64,000 nucleotides of DNA from Spirochaetia bacterium (lineage in GTDB: Bacteria; Spirochaetota; Spirochaetia; SZUA-6; Bin103): assembly GCA_965203905.1 (NCBI GenBank), contig CBDBDQ010000005.1, positions 5,536,001 through 5,600,000 of the forward strand, given 5' to 3'. The position numbers and the translations under genes are program-made. Of the stretch, positions 21,509 to 30,336 are shown one piece after another. Position 1 is the first letter of the stretch, and every line of letters begins with the position of its first letter. The notes under the pieces are model-generated. The model was not told the DNA's origin. It saw only the letters and a list, made by a program, of their open reading frames with translations, and made no database searches.

Positions 21509-22764
21509 TAGAGCAGGGGACGCTTGCCAACGGCGTCACCCTGCTGTGCGAGCCCGTCGCCACCACGGCGACTTGCTCGATCGGTTTCTGGTACCCGAGC
21601 GGCTCGCGCGATGAGTGCTCCGATGAGCGCGGGTACGCTCACTTCCTGGAACACATGCTGTTCAAGGGCACCGCGCGGCGCACCGCGCTGGACATCGCGC
21701 TGCAGGTGGATCGCGTCGGTGGTTCCATCAATGCTTTCACCGACAAGGAGACCACCTGCTTCTACTGTACCCTGCCGGCCGACCACACCGAGCTGGCGCT
21801 GGACATACTGTGCGACATGGTCAGTCACGCCACCCTGGCCGAGGAGGAGATAGTCAAGGAAAAGGTAGTGGTGAGCAACGAGATCCGCGCCGCCGAGGAC
21901 TCTCCGGACGAGCAGGGCTACCAGCTGTACCTGGAGGGCCTGTGGCGTTCCCATCCGCTGGCGGCCCGGGTCGCCGGTGTGGTGGCTGACGTAGACCGTA
22001 TAGAAGCCACGAATCTCGCTACGTTCTACCGCAGCCGCTACCATCCCCGGCACCTGATCGTGGCCGCCGCGGGAGCGCTGGACTTCGACCGGATGGCGCA
22101 CGCCCTGAGCGAACACCTGGCGCCCGACGGGGAGGAAGCTCCGGGTATGTCGCGGCAGAGGCCGACGTGCTACGTGTCGCGGGAGTACACCCGTGGGCAC
22201 TATCAGCAGGCGCACGTGTACCTCGGCACCACCCTCGAACCGAGTGCCGATCTCGACACCTACCTCGCTCTGGTGCTGCTCTCCACGGCGTTCGGCGAGT
22301 CGATGAGCTCGCGGCTGTTTCAGCACATCCGGGAGGATCGGGGACTGTGCTATTCGGTGGAGTCCTTTCGCAGCCACTACTCCGATATCTGGGGCTGGGG
22401 AATCTACGCCAATGCCATGCCGGAGCTGGCCCCACGGCTGCTGGTAGCCTTGAACGAGGAGTTGCATCGCCTGGCCGACGAGCCGCTCACCTGCGAGGAA
22501 GTGGAGGCAGCCATCAGCCACATCACCGGCAGCATGGTGTTCGCCAAAGAGGACATGGAGACCCGTATGAAGCGCCTGGCCGGGCAGTATCAGATGTTCG
22601 GCCGGGTAATCGAGATGGATCAGTCGGCACGCCTGCTGCGCTCGGTCACGGCACGGGATGTCGCCGCGCTGACGGCACGTCTGATACGGCCGGGCCAGTT
22701 CAATCTTCTCGCCTACGGCACCCGGAACATGAACGATCTGCGTCGTGTCCCGTTCGACTGGTAG
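21505..22764 (+). CDS. M16 family (pitrilysin-like) zinc peptidase
   Basis: Inverted zinc motif HFLEH, INAFT, SSRLFQHIREDRGLCYSV; usual position after pnp. Confidence 0.92.
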   Translation: MIEQGTLANGVTLLCEPVATTATCSIGFWYPSGSRDECSDERGYAHFLEHMLFKGTARRTALDIALQVDRVGGSINAFTDKETTCFYCTLPADHTELALDILCDMVSHATLAEEEIVKEKVVVSNEIRAAEDSPDEQGYQLYLEGLWRSHPLAARVAGVVADVDRIEATNLATFYRSRYHPRHLIVAAAGALDFDRMAHALSEHLAPDGEEAPGMSRQRPTCYVSREYTRGHYQQAHVYLGTTLEPSADLDTYLALVLLSTAFGESMSSRLFQHIREDRGLCYSVESFRSHYSDIWGWGIYANAMPELAPRLLVALNEELHRLADEPLTCEEVEAAISHITGSMVFAKEDMETRMKRLAGQYQMFGRVIEMDQSARLLRSVTARDVAALTARLIRPGQFNLLAYGTRNMNDLRRVPFDW

Positions 22765-22828
22765 CGGAAGGTAAGGCTGAGCGAGAAGCGGCGCCGCCGG
22801 CGACGGTTCTGGGGCTCCGCACGGAGGT

Positions 22829-24457
22829 TTGACGATGGGCGGGAAACCGCGGCGCCGGGTTGCGGGGTGGCGATCGCATGCGACGCTGGTGGTGTGGGCT
22901 GCCATGTTTGGCGTTGCCGTCACCTGTGCCGACCTGGCATTTGCCAGCCCGGCACTGACCCCCGCGGCTTCCGAGCTGATCGAGAGCGCACGCGCGTCGC
23001 TTGCCGCCGGTGACCCGGACGCCGCCGCCGCCGCCCTGCGCCGGCTCCGTCTGCACTACCCCGAGTCCCCGCTGGCTGCCGAGGCACTGCTGTTGTCGGC
23101 GACGGTCGCCGGAGTTCGGAACAACGCCTATCAGGAACGCTTCTTTCTGGCCGAGACGCGGCGCGCAGTGCGCCGCCTGATGGACAAGGGGTTGCTGTCC
23201 GGCACGGTCGCCAACGACTACCATCTGCAGACGACGAGCCGTCTGGCGCAACTGCTGGAGGCCGAACGCGATTACGCCGGTGCACTGGGCAACTACGAGG
23301 AAGCGATCGCCCTGCTGGCGGCGCGTCTGGACTCGCGCGCCGATTCGCGCGCCGACTCCGCCGCCGCGCCCAGCCCCGCGCGGCGCCTCGCGCGGCTGCG
23401 CCTGGCCGCGGCGCACCTGGCGTACCGGCACGGGGTCGGGGTTGGCGGAGACGCCGAGCGCCACTTCGATCAGGTGGACCTGGCCGAGCTGGGGGCCGAC
23501 GCCGTACCGAGGTACCGGGAACTGGCACGCGGGTTGATGTGGGAACATCTGACGCCGCGTCAGCTCGGTATGGGGGATGGCAACATCTCCGCGATTGCCA
23601 CCGACGGCGACGATGTGTGGGTGGGGACCTGGACCGGCGGACTGGTCCGCTACACCCGGTCCACCGGCCGGCGGGAGGTATTTCGCGAGGGTCCGGAGTC
23701 GCTGCTCTCACGCCGAGTACGTGACATCCACCCGTTAGGCGGCTACGTCTGGGTGGGAACCGATGAGGGACTCTCGGTGTACGCGCGCTCCAGCAGCCGC
23801 TGGCGCCAGGAGCCGGTCCTCGGCGGGGAGGAGCGCAGCCCGGTGGTGGCGGTCGTCGACGCCGGCGGGATCGTGTACGCAGGAACGTTGGGACAAGGCC
23901 TGTGGCGACACGACGCCTCCGGGTGGAGTCGCGTCGGCCACGACTCGCTGCCGGGGCTGTTCATCAACGCTCTGCTGGTGGTCGACCAGACCTTGTGGAT
24001 CGGAACGATCGACCTTGGGCTGGTGAGCCTTGATCTGCGCAGCGGCACGCTGCGCAGCTTCGACGCAGTAAATGCGTCACTCGGCCCGCAGAACGTCACC
24101 GCCATCGTGGCGGAGGATGACCTGACGCTGTGGATCGGGACGTTCGGGGCCGGGTTGTATCGCTGGGAGGCGGACACGAACCGCATCACGCACTTCAGCG
24201 CTGCCTCCGGTCAGATTCCCGACGACTGGATATTGGCTGCGGCGGTGGGCGATGCCGGGTTGTACTTCGGTACCTTCGGCGGTGGCGCGGTGCGCTACGA
24301 TCCGCACCGGGAGACATGGGCCGCCATCAGCCTGGAGCAGGGCCTGACGTCGCTGAATGTCGCGGTGGTCGCTGCGGCGCGTGGACGGATCTACTTCGGC
24401 ACGCTCGGAGCCGGGGTGGCGATTCTGTCGGAAGCGCGCAGCGTACATGGGCTCTGA
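22829..24457 (+). CDS. Exported protein: TPR-like N-terminus + beta-propeller (Reg_prop-like repeats)
   Basis: Signal-like hydrophobic stretch; helical region with YPESPLAAEALL; repeated W(V/I)GTxxGGL / YFGTxGGG blades. Confidence 0.75.
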   Translation: MTMGGKPRRRVAGWRSHATLVVWAAMFGVAVTCADLAFASPALTPAASELIESARASLAAGDPDAAAAALRRLRLHYPESPLAAEALLLSATVAGVRNNAYQERFFLAETRRAVRRLMDKGLLSGTVANDYHLQTTSRLAQLLEAERDYAGALGNYEEAIALLAARLDSRADSRADSAAAPSPARRLARLRLAAAHLAYRHGVGVGGDAERHFDQVDLAELGADAVPRYRELARGLMWEHLTPRQLGMGDGNISAIATDGDDVWVGTWTGGLVRYTRSTGRREVFREGPESLLSRRVRDIHPLGGYVWVGTDEGLSVYARSSSRWRQEPVLGGEERSPVVAVVDAGGIVYAGTLGQGLWRHDASGWSRVGHDSLPGLFINALLVVDQTLWIGTIDLGLVSLDLRSGTLRSFDAVNASLGPQNVTAIVAEDDLTLWIGTFGAGLYRWEADTNRITHFSAASGQIPDDWILAAAVGDAGLYFGTFGGGAVRYDPHRETWAAISLEQGLTSLNVAVVAAARGRIYFGTLGAGVAILSEARSVHGL

Positions 24458-24462
24458 CCGAC

Positions 24463-25758
24463 ATGTATCGCAGTGGCCTCCTGGCGCGCTACGTGGCCCG
24501 CGAGTTTCTGCTCTCGGTGCTGGTCTCGTTTCTGTTCTTCTTCTCGATCTTCTTCATCAACGTGCTGTTGGTAACGGCCACCGACATCATGGCAAAGCAG
24601 GTGCCCCTGGGCGATGTCGCCCTGCTGGTGATGTACTCCCTGCCACAGATCATCCACCTCGCGTTTCCCTTCGCGACGCTGCTGGGGGCGCTGATGGCCC
24701 TGGGACGCCTGCGCGCCGACCGGGAACTCATCGCGCTGCAGGCCTCCGGTATCAGGCTGTTGGCGGGAATGGCTCCGGTCATACTCCTCGGGGGGGTGTT
24801 TTCAGGGCTCTCCTTCGCCACCAACGACGTGTTGCTGCCGGCCGGCACCATCGAGTTCAACCGCATCTATCGGCGCATCCTGTACAGCAATCCTGGCCTG
24901 GAGCTGGAGCCGAATACCGTCAAGCACTTCGAAGACAGTGCCATCGTGACCGGCGACGTGAGTGGCGACGTGCTGGGCGACGTGACGATCATCGATCGCG
25001 ACGAGTCGGGCAGGACGCGGGTGATCACCGCGCAACACGTCCGCCTACGCGAGAGCGGGCAACAGGCCGGCGTGATCTCGCTTCAGCTCAGCGATGTCTT
25101 CACGCACCTCATCGGCGCCGATCCCGGCGACTTCGAGTACGTCCGCGCTGCCGCCATGGAATACCACATCGTGCTGCCGGAGATCGTCGAGGCCCTGGTG
25201 GAGATCGGGCCGGCGGAGCAGAGCTCGGCGGACGTGTGGCGGGCAATCGCCGTGCAGCGCGCGCAGCAGTCGCTCCGCCAGCGGCAGGAAGAAGCGGAAT
25301 CCGAGCATGCGCTGCTGCTCGCAGTCGGGGCCGTGGCCGCACGGATGGCGGACACGCCACCGAGCGCGCGGCCCGCGTTGCTGCAGGGTGAGCGGGAGCG
25401 GCTCAGCGCCGCGCATCGCCGGCTGGCCGCGGCCGCCGAGCAGGAACCCGACCGCGAACTCCGCAATCACCTGTTCGAGTTCCACAAGAAGCTGGCCGTG
25501 CCCGCGGCGTGTCTCGTGTTCACCCTGTTCGCGCTCCCCGCGGGTTTCCTGGCACCACGGAGCGGCCGCGCCTACGGTCTGTTGGTGGGTATGCTCACGG
25601 CGGCCCTCTACTGGTCGCTGCTGGTGTCCGCCCACAGCGGCGGACTGCGGCATCAGTTCGCTCCGGCCCTGGCGATCTGGGCGCCCAACCTGGTGGTGCT
25701 CGCGTTGTCAGGCGTGCTCTACGCGCTGTGGCGGTGGCGATGCGGCTCCAGCGCATGA
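24463..25758 (+). CDS. lptF: LptF/LptG family permease (LptF-like)
   Basis: RYVAREF, ADRELIALQASGI, HKKLAVPAACL, WAPNLVV; ATG at 24463. Confidence 0.85.
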   Translation: MYRSGLLARYVAREFLLSVLVSFLFFFSIFFINVLLVTATDIMAKQVPLGDVALLVMYSLPQIIHLAFPFATLLGALMALGRLRADRELIALQASGIRLLAGMAPVILLGGVFSGLSFATNDVLLPAGTIEFNRIYRRILYSNPGLELEPNTVKHFEDSAIVTGDVSGDVLGDVTIIDRDESGRTRVITAQHVRLRESGQQAGVISLQLSDVFTHLIGADPGDFEYVRAAAMEYHIVLPEIVEALVEIGPAEQSSADVWRAIAVQRAQQSLRQRQEEAESEHALLLAVGAVAARMADTPPSARPALLQGERERLSAAHRRLAAAAEQEPDRELRNHLFEFHKKLAVPAACLVFTLFALPAGFLAPRSGRAYGLLVGMLTAALYWSLLVSAHSGGLRHQFAPALAIWAPNLVVLALSGVLYALWRWRCGSSA

Positions 25759-26822
25759 TCCTGAGTTCGCTGCTGCCGGTATTCGGGATAGCGGTGATGT
25801 TCTTCGTCCTGATCATCGAGCTGGCCGACATTTCGCCCAACCTGTATCGCTACCTGTCCACCGGGGTCGCGCCCGGCGTGATCGCGCGCATTGCATTGCT
25901 GTACCTGCCGACGTGCATCACGTACGCGGTTCCCATCGCTCTTCTGTTCTCGGTCGCCCATACTCTGGGCTCCAGTTATGCGCGCAACGAGCTGATCGCG
26001 ATGTTCGGGGCCGGAGTCAGTCTGCGGCGACTGGTCGCTCCCCTGGTGCTGTTCGGCGTGTTGTTGAGCGGCGCGCTGTTCGTGTTCGAGGATGCGGTAG
26101 CCATCGACGCGCTGCGCAGGAAGAACCAGCTGCATCGCACCGCGCTGGACATACGGCTGCAACTCGACAACTTCGACGTGACGATCACGAGCGCCGATCG
26201 CCGCGTGGTGTACCATGCCGGCAGCTACGACGACGAACGCGGCGAGCTGTCTCAGGTGCTGGTGATCGAGCGGGCTCCCGATGGCGGCGTGGCAATGCGC
26301 CTGGACGCCGAGCGGGCGCGTTGGGATGGCAGCCGATGGCTGTTCGAGAACGTACGGAGGTTCTCGTGGCGCGACGGCAGCACCGCCGGCGTGATGGCCG
26401 AAGAGCATCGGGAACGCTATTCGGCGCCGCAGTTCGCCGACGGGCCGGCTGCGTTTCGGCGCGCCAACCGTGAGGTGACCGAGATGCGCTATCGTGATGC
26501 GCTGGCGTGGGTGGACACGCTGCGTCGCGCCGGGCGCGACTATCGTGCCGCGCTCACCGATTCCTACGGCAAGATCAGTTTCGCCGTTACACCGCTGGCG
26601 GTGACGTTGATCGCGGCGGCGGTGGGCGGAGTGATGCGGCGCAACATCCTGCTCATGAGCATGCTGCTGGCGTTGGGCATCTCGGTCGTATTCTACGTGT
26701 TGCGTCTGGCGGGAGAGATTCTGGCCGAGAACGGTGTGCTGTCGCCGGAGGTGGGCGCGTTCGGCGCAGTGTTCCTGTTCCTGCTGGCCGGGGTGACGCT
26801 GCTTCAGGTCGCGCGCACCTGA
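25740..26822 (+). CDS. lptG: LptF/LptG family permease (LptG-like)
   Basis: RNELIAMFGAGVSL, AERARWDGSRW, KISFAV; ATG at 25740. Confidence 0.85.
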   Translation: MRLQRMILSSLLPVFGIAVMFFVLIIELADISPNLYRYLSTGVAPGVIARIALLYLPTCITYAVPIALLFSVAHTLGSSYARNELIAMFGAGVSLRRLVAPLVLFGVLLSGALFVFEDAVAIDALRRKNQLHRTALDIRLQLDNFDVTITSADRRVVYHAGSYDDERGELSQVLVIERAPDGGVAMRLDAERARWDGSRWLFENVRRFSWRDGSTAGVMAEEHRERYSAPQFADGPAAFRRANREVTEMRYRDALAWVDTLRRAGRDYRAALTDSYGKISFAVTPLAVTLIAAAVGGVMRRNILLMSMLLALGISVVFYVLRLAGEILAENGVLSPEVGAFGAVFLFLLAGVTLLQVART

Positions 26823-26843
26823 AACGCAACCTCGGTTGTCGTC

Positions 26844-27989
26844 ATGGAGTTCACGATCGAACAGCCGGACCGGCACAGCGCGGCGCGAACCGGGCGCCTG
26901 GTCACGAGTCACGGCTTGGCGCGCACCCCGGTGTTCATGCCGGTGGCAACCAGCGCATCGGTCAAGGCGATGTGGCCGCAGGACCTCGCGTCAATGGGGT
27001 ATCGCGTGTTGTTGAGCAACACCTACCACCTGGTGGTGCGTCCCGGCATCGCGCGCATTCGCCAGGCCGGAGGCCTGCACCGGTTCATGGGCTGGGACGG
27101 CAGTCTGCTGACCGATTCCGGCGGCTTCCAGGTGTTCTCGCTCGCCACCTTGCGGCATGTGCACGACGACGGCGTGCGCTTTCAATCGCACCTGGACGGC
27201 AGCCCGCTGTTGTTCACCCCGGCCGGCGTCGTCGCCAACCAGATAGCGCTTGGCAGCGACATCGTGATGCCCCTGGACGTATGCACCGCGGCGGCCGCCG
27301 GCCGCGACGAGGCGCGTCGTGCGGTGGAGTTGACTCAGCGTTGGGCCGTCGCCAGCAAGCGGGCCTGGTGTGCGGCCCGAGACGCCGCCGCCGGTGAGCG
27401 GGTAGGGGCACTGTTCGGAATCGTCCAGGGTCATTTTCACCAGGACCTGCGTACCCGTTCCGCGGATCAGCTGCGCCGTCTCGAGCTGCCCGGTTACGCC
27501 GTGGGCGGACTCTCCGTGGGCGAGAGTCGCAGCCAGTTCCTGGAGTTCCTGTCGCTCTCCCTGGAGTTGCTGCCCGCGGACCGCCCGCGCTACGTCATGG
27601 GCGTGGGCAGCCCCGACTACGCGGTGGAGGCGGTAGCCGCCGGCGCAGACATGTTCGACTGCGTGTATCCGACCCGGGTTGCGCGGAACGCCCGCGCCCT
27701 TACCCGCTACGGGCCGCTGTCACTGCGCGCTGCGGCAGCTGGCGCCAGCGATGAACCCGTGGACTCCACCTGTGGTTGCCGAGTGTGTGCCCGCTTCAGC
27801 CGCGGATACCTGCGCCACCTGTTCAACCAGCGCGAAATCATGGCTTCGGTCCTGACCACCTGGCACAACCTCGCCTTCATGGCGCGGCTGCTCCAGGAGA
27901 TCCGCAGCGCTGTTCGCAACGGCTCGTTCGGCACCTTTCGGCGCCGCTTCCTGGCCGACTACCTCGATGGGATCGGCGATGCCCGCTAG
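26844..27989 (+). CDS. tgt: Queuine tRNA-ribosyltransferase
   Basis: TPVFMPVAT, DSGGFQVFSL, GGLSVGE, FDCVYPTR, zinc site CGCRVC...H. Confidence 0.97.
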   Translation: MEFTIEQPDRHSAARTGRLVTSHGLARTPVFMPVATSASVKAMWPQDLASMGYRVLLSNTYHLVVRPGIARIRQAGGLHRFMGWDGSLLTDSGGFQVFSLATLRHVHDDGVRFQSHLDGSPLLFTPAGVVANQIALGSDIVMPLDVCTAAAAGRDEARRAVELTQRWAVASKRAWCAARDAAAGERVGALFGIVQGHFHQDLRTRSADQLRRLELPGYAVGGLSVGESRSQFLEFLSLSLELLPADRPRYVMGVGSPDYAVEAVAAGADMFDCVYPTRVARNARALTRYGPLSLRAAAAGASDEPVDSTCGCRVCARFSRGYLRHLFNQREIMASVLTTWHNLAFMARLLQEIRSAVRNGSFGTFRRRFLADYLDGIGDAR

Positions 27990-29520
27990 TCGCACGGGGC
28001 CGCGACGGGCGGTGCTCGCGCTCGTGGTGTGTACCGCCGTGTCCCGCGTGCTCGGCTTCGTCCGGGTTGCCGTGATCGGGGCCGTGTTCGGGGCTACCGG
28101 GGTTGCCGACGTACTCAACGCGGTCTACATGATTCCCAACAACCTGCGCAAGCTGCTGGCGGAGGGCGCGCTCTCCGCTGCCGTGATCCCGGAGCTGGCG
28201 CACGCACTGGAGCAGAAGGGCGGCGACCGCGCGGCCGAGGCACGAGTTCTGGTACGCCGCATCCTGACGCTGCTGACAGCCGTGGTGTCTGTCCTGGTAG
28301 TCGTGGCCGTAGTGCTGGCACGGCCGGTGGTGGGCGTGGTGCTGGAGTTCCCCGAGCCGTGGAAGATGGAGCTGGCGATGGGGCTGTTCCGGCTGGTGTT
28401 TCCGTACCTGCTGCTGGTGAGCATCGGCGCCGTGCTGATGGCTGCGCTCAACTGCCATGACGTGTTCGTGGTTCCGGCGCTGGCGCCGCTGCTGTTCTCG
28501 GTCAACGTCGTGCTCGCGATCGTGCTGTTTCATCGGCACTGGGGTCTGCTGGCCGCCGGAGTGGGCATCCTGGCCGGCGGTGTCGGCGGAGTCGTGGGGC
28601 AGCTACCGGCCTTCCTGCGGCGCGGTTACGACTTGCGGCCCGACTTCCACTGGTCGGACCCGCGGGTTCGGCGCGTCGTGCGGCAGTGGATCCCGGTGGT
28701 GGCGTCCGCCTCCATGTTCGCCATCGCCCAGCAGGTGGCCATCGTGTTTGCCTCGGGGTTGGAGGACGGCAGCACCTCGGCCCTGGCCAACGCGGTGGTG
28801 TTCTGGCAGCTCCCGTTCGGGATCTTCTCGGTGTCCGTGGTGACCGCCCACTTCCCGCGCATGAGCGTATACGCCGCGGCCGGCGACGCGCCGGCGCTGT
28901 CACGTACGTTCGCCGGCGGCCTCATGATGATAGTCGACCTGTTGCTGCCGCCGGCCCTGTTCTACCTGTTCTTCGGCGAAGCGGTGATTCGGGTGGCCCT
29001 CGAGCGAATGACGTTTTCGGCCACGGGTACGGCTCTCGCCGGGAGTGTCCTGGCCGGCTACGCGGTGGGGCTGGTCGGCGTGGGCGTGTTCAACTTCGCT
29101 CAGCGCTACTTTTTCGCCACCCGCGACTACCGGTCGCCGTTTCTGGCCGCGCTCCTGGTCGCCGCGATCGACATCCCCCTGTCACTGTGGCTGAAAGAGA
29201 CCTCACTCCGGGTCACGGGGCTCGCGGTCGCCAATTCCATCGCGTTTACCGCTGGCGCCGGCGCCCTGCTGGTCGCGGCGCGGCGCCGCATGCCGCAGCT
29301 GCAAGGTGAGCGGTTACTCGGCCACCTGGTGCGGGTAGTGGCGGCGAATGCGCTGCTGGCGGCGCTGCTGTGGGCCCTGGCCGAGGTGGTGCAGCCGTGG
29401 TGGCAGGCCGGCAGCACGCTGCCCAACGCATTGCTGACGCTGGCCATCGGGGCTTGCGCGGTGGGAGTGACCCTGGCCCTCTATCGGCTGCTGAGGCTTG
29501 CCTGGTGGCGTGACAGGTAA
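27979..29520 (+). CDS. murJ: Lipid II flippase MurJ (MviN)
   Basis: SRVLGFVR, IPNNLRKLLAEGALS, QLPFGIF; multiple TM segments. Confidence 0.95.
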   Translation: MPASRTGPRRAVLALVVCTAVSRVLGFVRVAVIGAVFGATGVADVLNAVYMIPNNLRKLLAEGALSAAVIPELAHALEQKGGDRAAEARVLVRRILTLLTAVVSVLVVVAVVLARPVVGVVLEFPEPWKMELAMGLFRLVFPYLLLVSIGAVLMAALNCHDVFVVPALAPLLFSVNVVLAIVLFHRHWGLLAAGVGILAGGVGGVVGQLPAFLRRGYDLRPDFHWSDPRVRRVVRQWIPVVASASMFAIAQQVAIVFASGLEDGSTSALANAVVFWQLPFGIFSVSVVTAHFPRMSVYAAAGDAPALSRTFAGGLMMIVDLLLPPALFYLFFGEAVIRVALERMTFSATGTALAGSVLAGYAVGLVGVGVFNFAQRYFFATRDYRSPFLAALLVAAIDIPLSLWLKETSLRVTGLAVANSIAFTAGAGALLVAARRRMPQLQGERLLGHLVRVVAANALLAALLWALAEVVQPWWQAGSTLPNALLTLAIGACAVGVTLALYRLLRLAWWRDR

Positions 29521-29577
29521 GTCACCACGGTCACTCCGGGGCAGTGCACGGTGGCCACTGCGGACACACCGGGCGCT

Positions 29578-30336
29578 TCACGCGGACTCGGAAGGGGTGC
29601 CGAATGCCTTCAGGTACAGGCGCGTACGGTCATTCAACACCCCGTAGAAGGCTCGCGTCTCAGCGTCGGGAGAGTCGCGCCAGAACGTGGCTGGAATCGC
29701 CGAGTCATTCGCCAGCGGCGCACGGTGCCGGTGGCCGTAGTAGATCTGTGCCGTCTTGCGGATCTGCTGCGTGCGCCGCGTGGTCGCGGTGTGCAGCACC
29801 GATACGTTGAACAACGCGCAGGTTCCCGCCGGACCAAGCAGATCATGAACGCCGCCCCGGGCTAGCTGAGCCGTGGTATCGTCCAGCACCGGATCTGAAA
29901 TGGACTCCGGTGACAGTGACAGACAGTGGGTTCCCGCATTCACGTCGCGGAAGTAGACCACGAGCTGCAGGTAGTCCATGCGTAACGGATGGTCATGCCA
30001 GTGTCCCTTGTCCCGGTGCCAGCGCTGGTGCAGGGTGTCGTCATACGGCCCCATGGAACGCAACCCGATCTCACCGAAGCAGACCGGCCCACCCATCAAT
30101 TCAACTATCAACGGGAGTAGCCGCGGATGTCGAATCAGTTCGTCAAACTGCGGTGACGTTACCAGGGCGTCATAGTTTGCGTATTGGTGATGCCCGTAGG
30201 CGTGCCAGAAATAGGGATGCCTGCGGCGATCGTCGTCGAACATGGCTTCGAAGTAGGCGGTCTCATCCCGGTTCAGAACCGGTCCCAGATTGAGAAACCC
30301 GTTGGCGGCAAAGAAATCCCGTTGCTGGTTGGTCAT
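29578..30336 (-). CDS. Phytanoyl-CoA dioxygenase (PhyH) family Fe/2-oxoglutarate dioxygenase
   Basis: FFAANGFL, WHRD (HxD) and distal His (VLHTA) iron ligands. Confidence 0.85.
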   Translation of the reverse strand: MTNQQRDFFAANGFLNLGPVLNRDETAYFEAMFDDDRRRHPYFWHAYGHHQYANYDALVTSPQFDELIRHPRLLPLIVELMGGPVCFGEIGLRSMGPYDDTLHQRWHRDKGHWHDHPLRMDYLQLVVYFRDVNAGTHCLSLSPESISDPVLDDTTAQLARGGVHDLLGPAGTCALFNVSVLHTATTRRTQQIRKTAQIYYGHRHRAPLANDSAIPATFWRDSPDAETRAFYGVLNDRTRLYLKAFGTPSESA

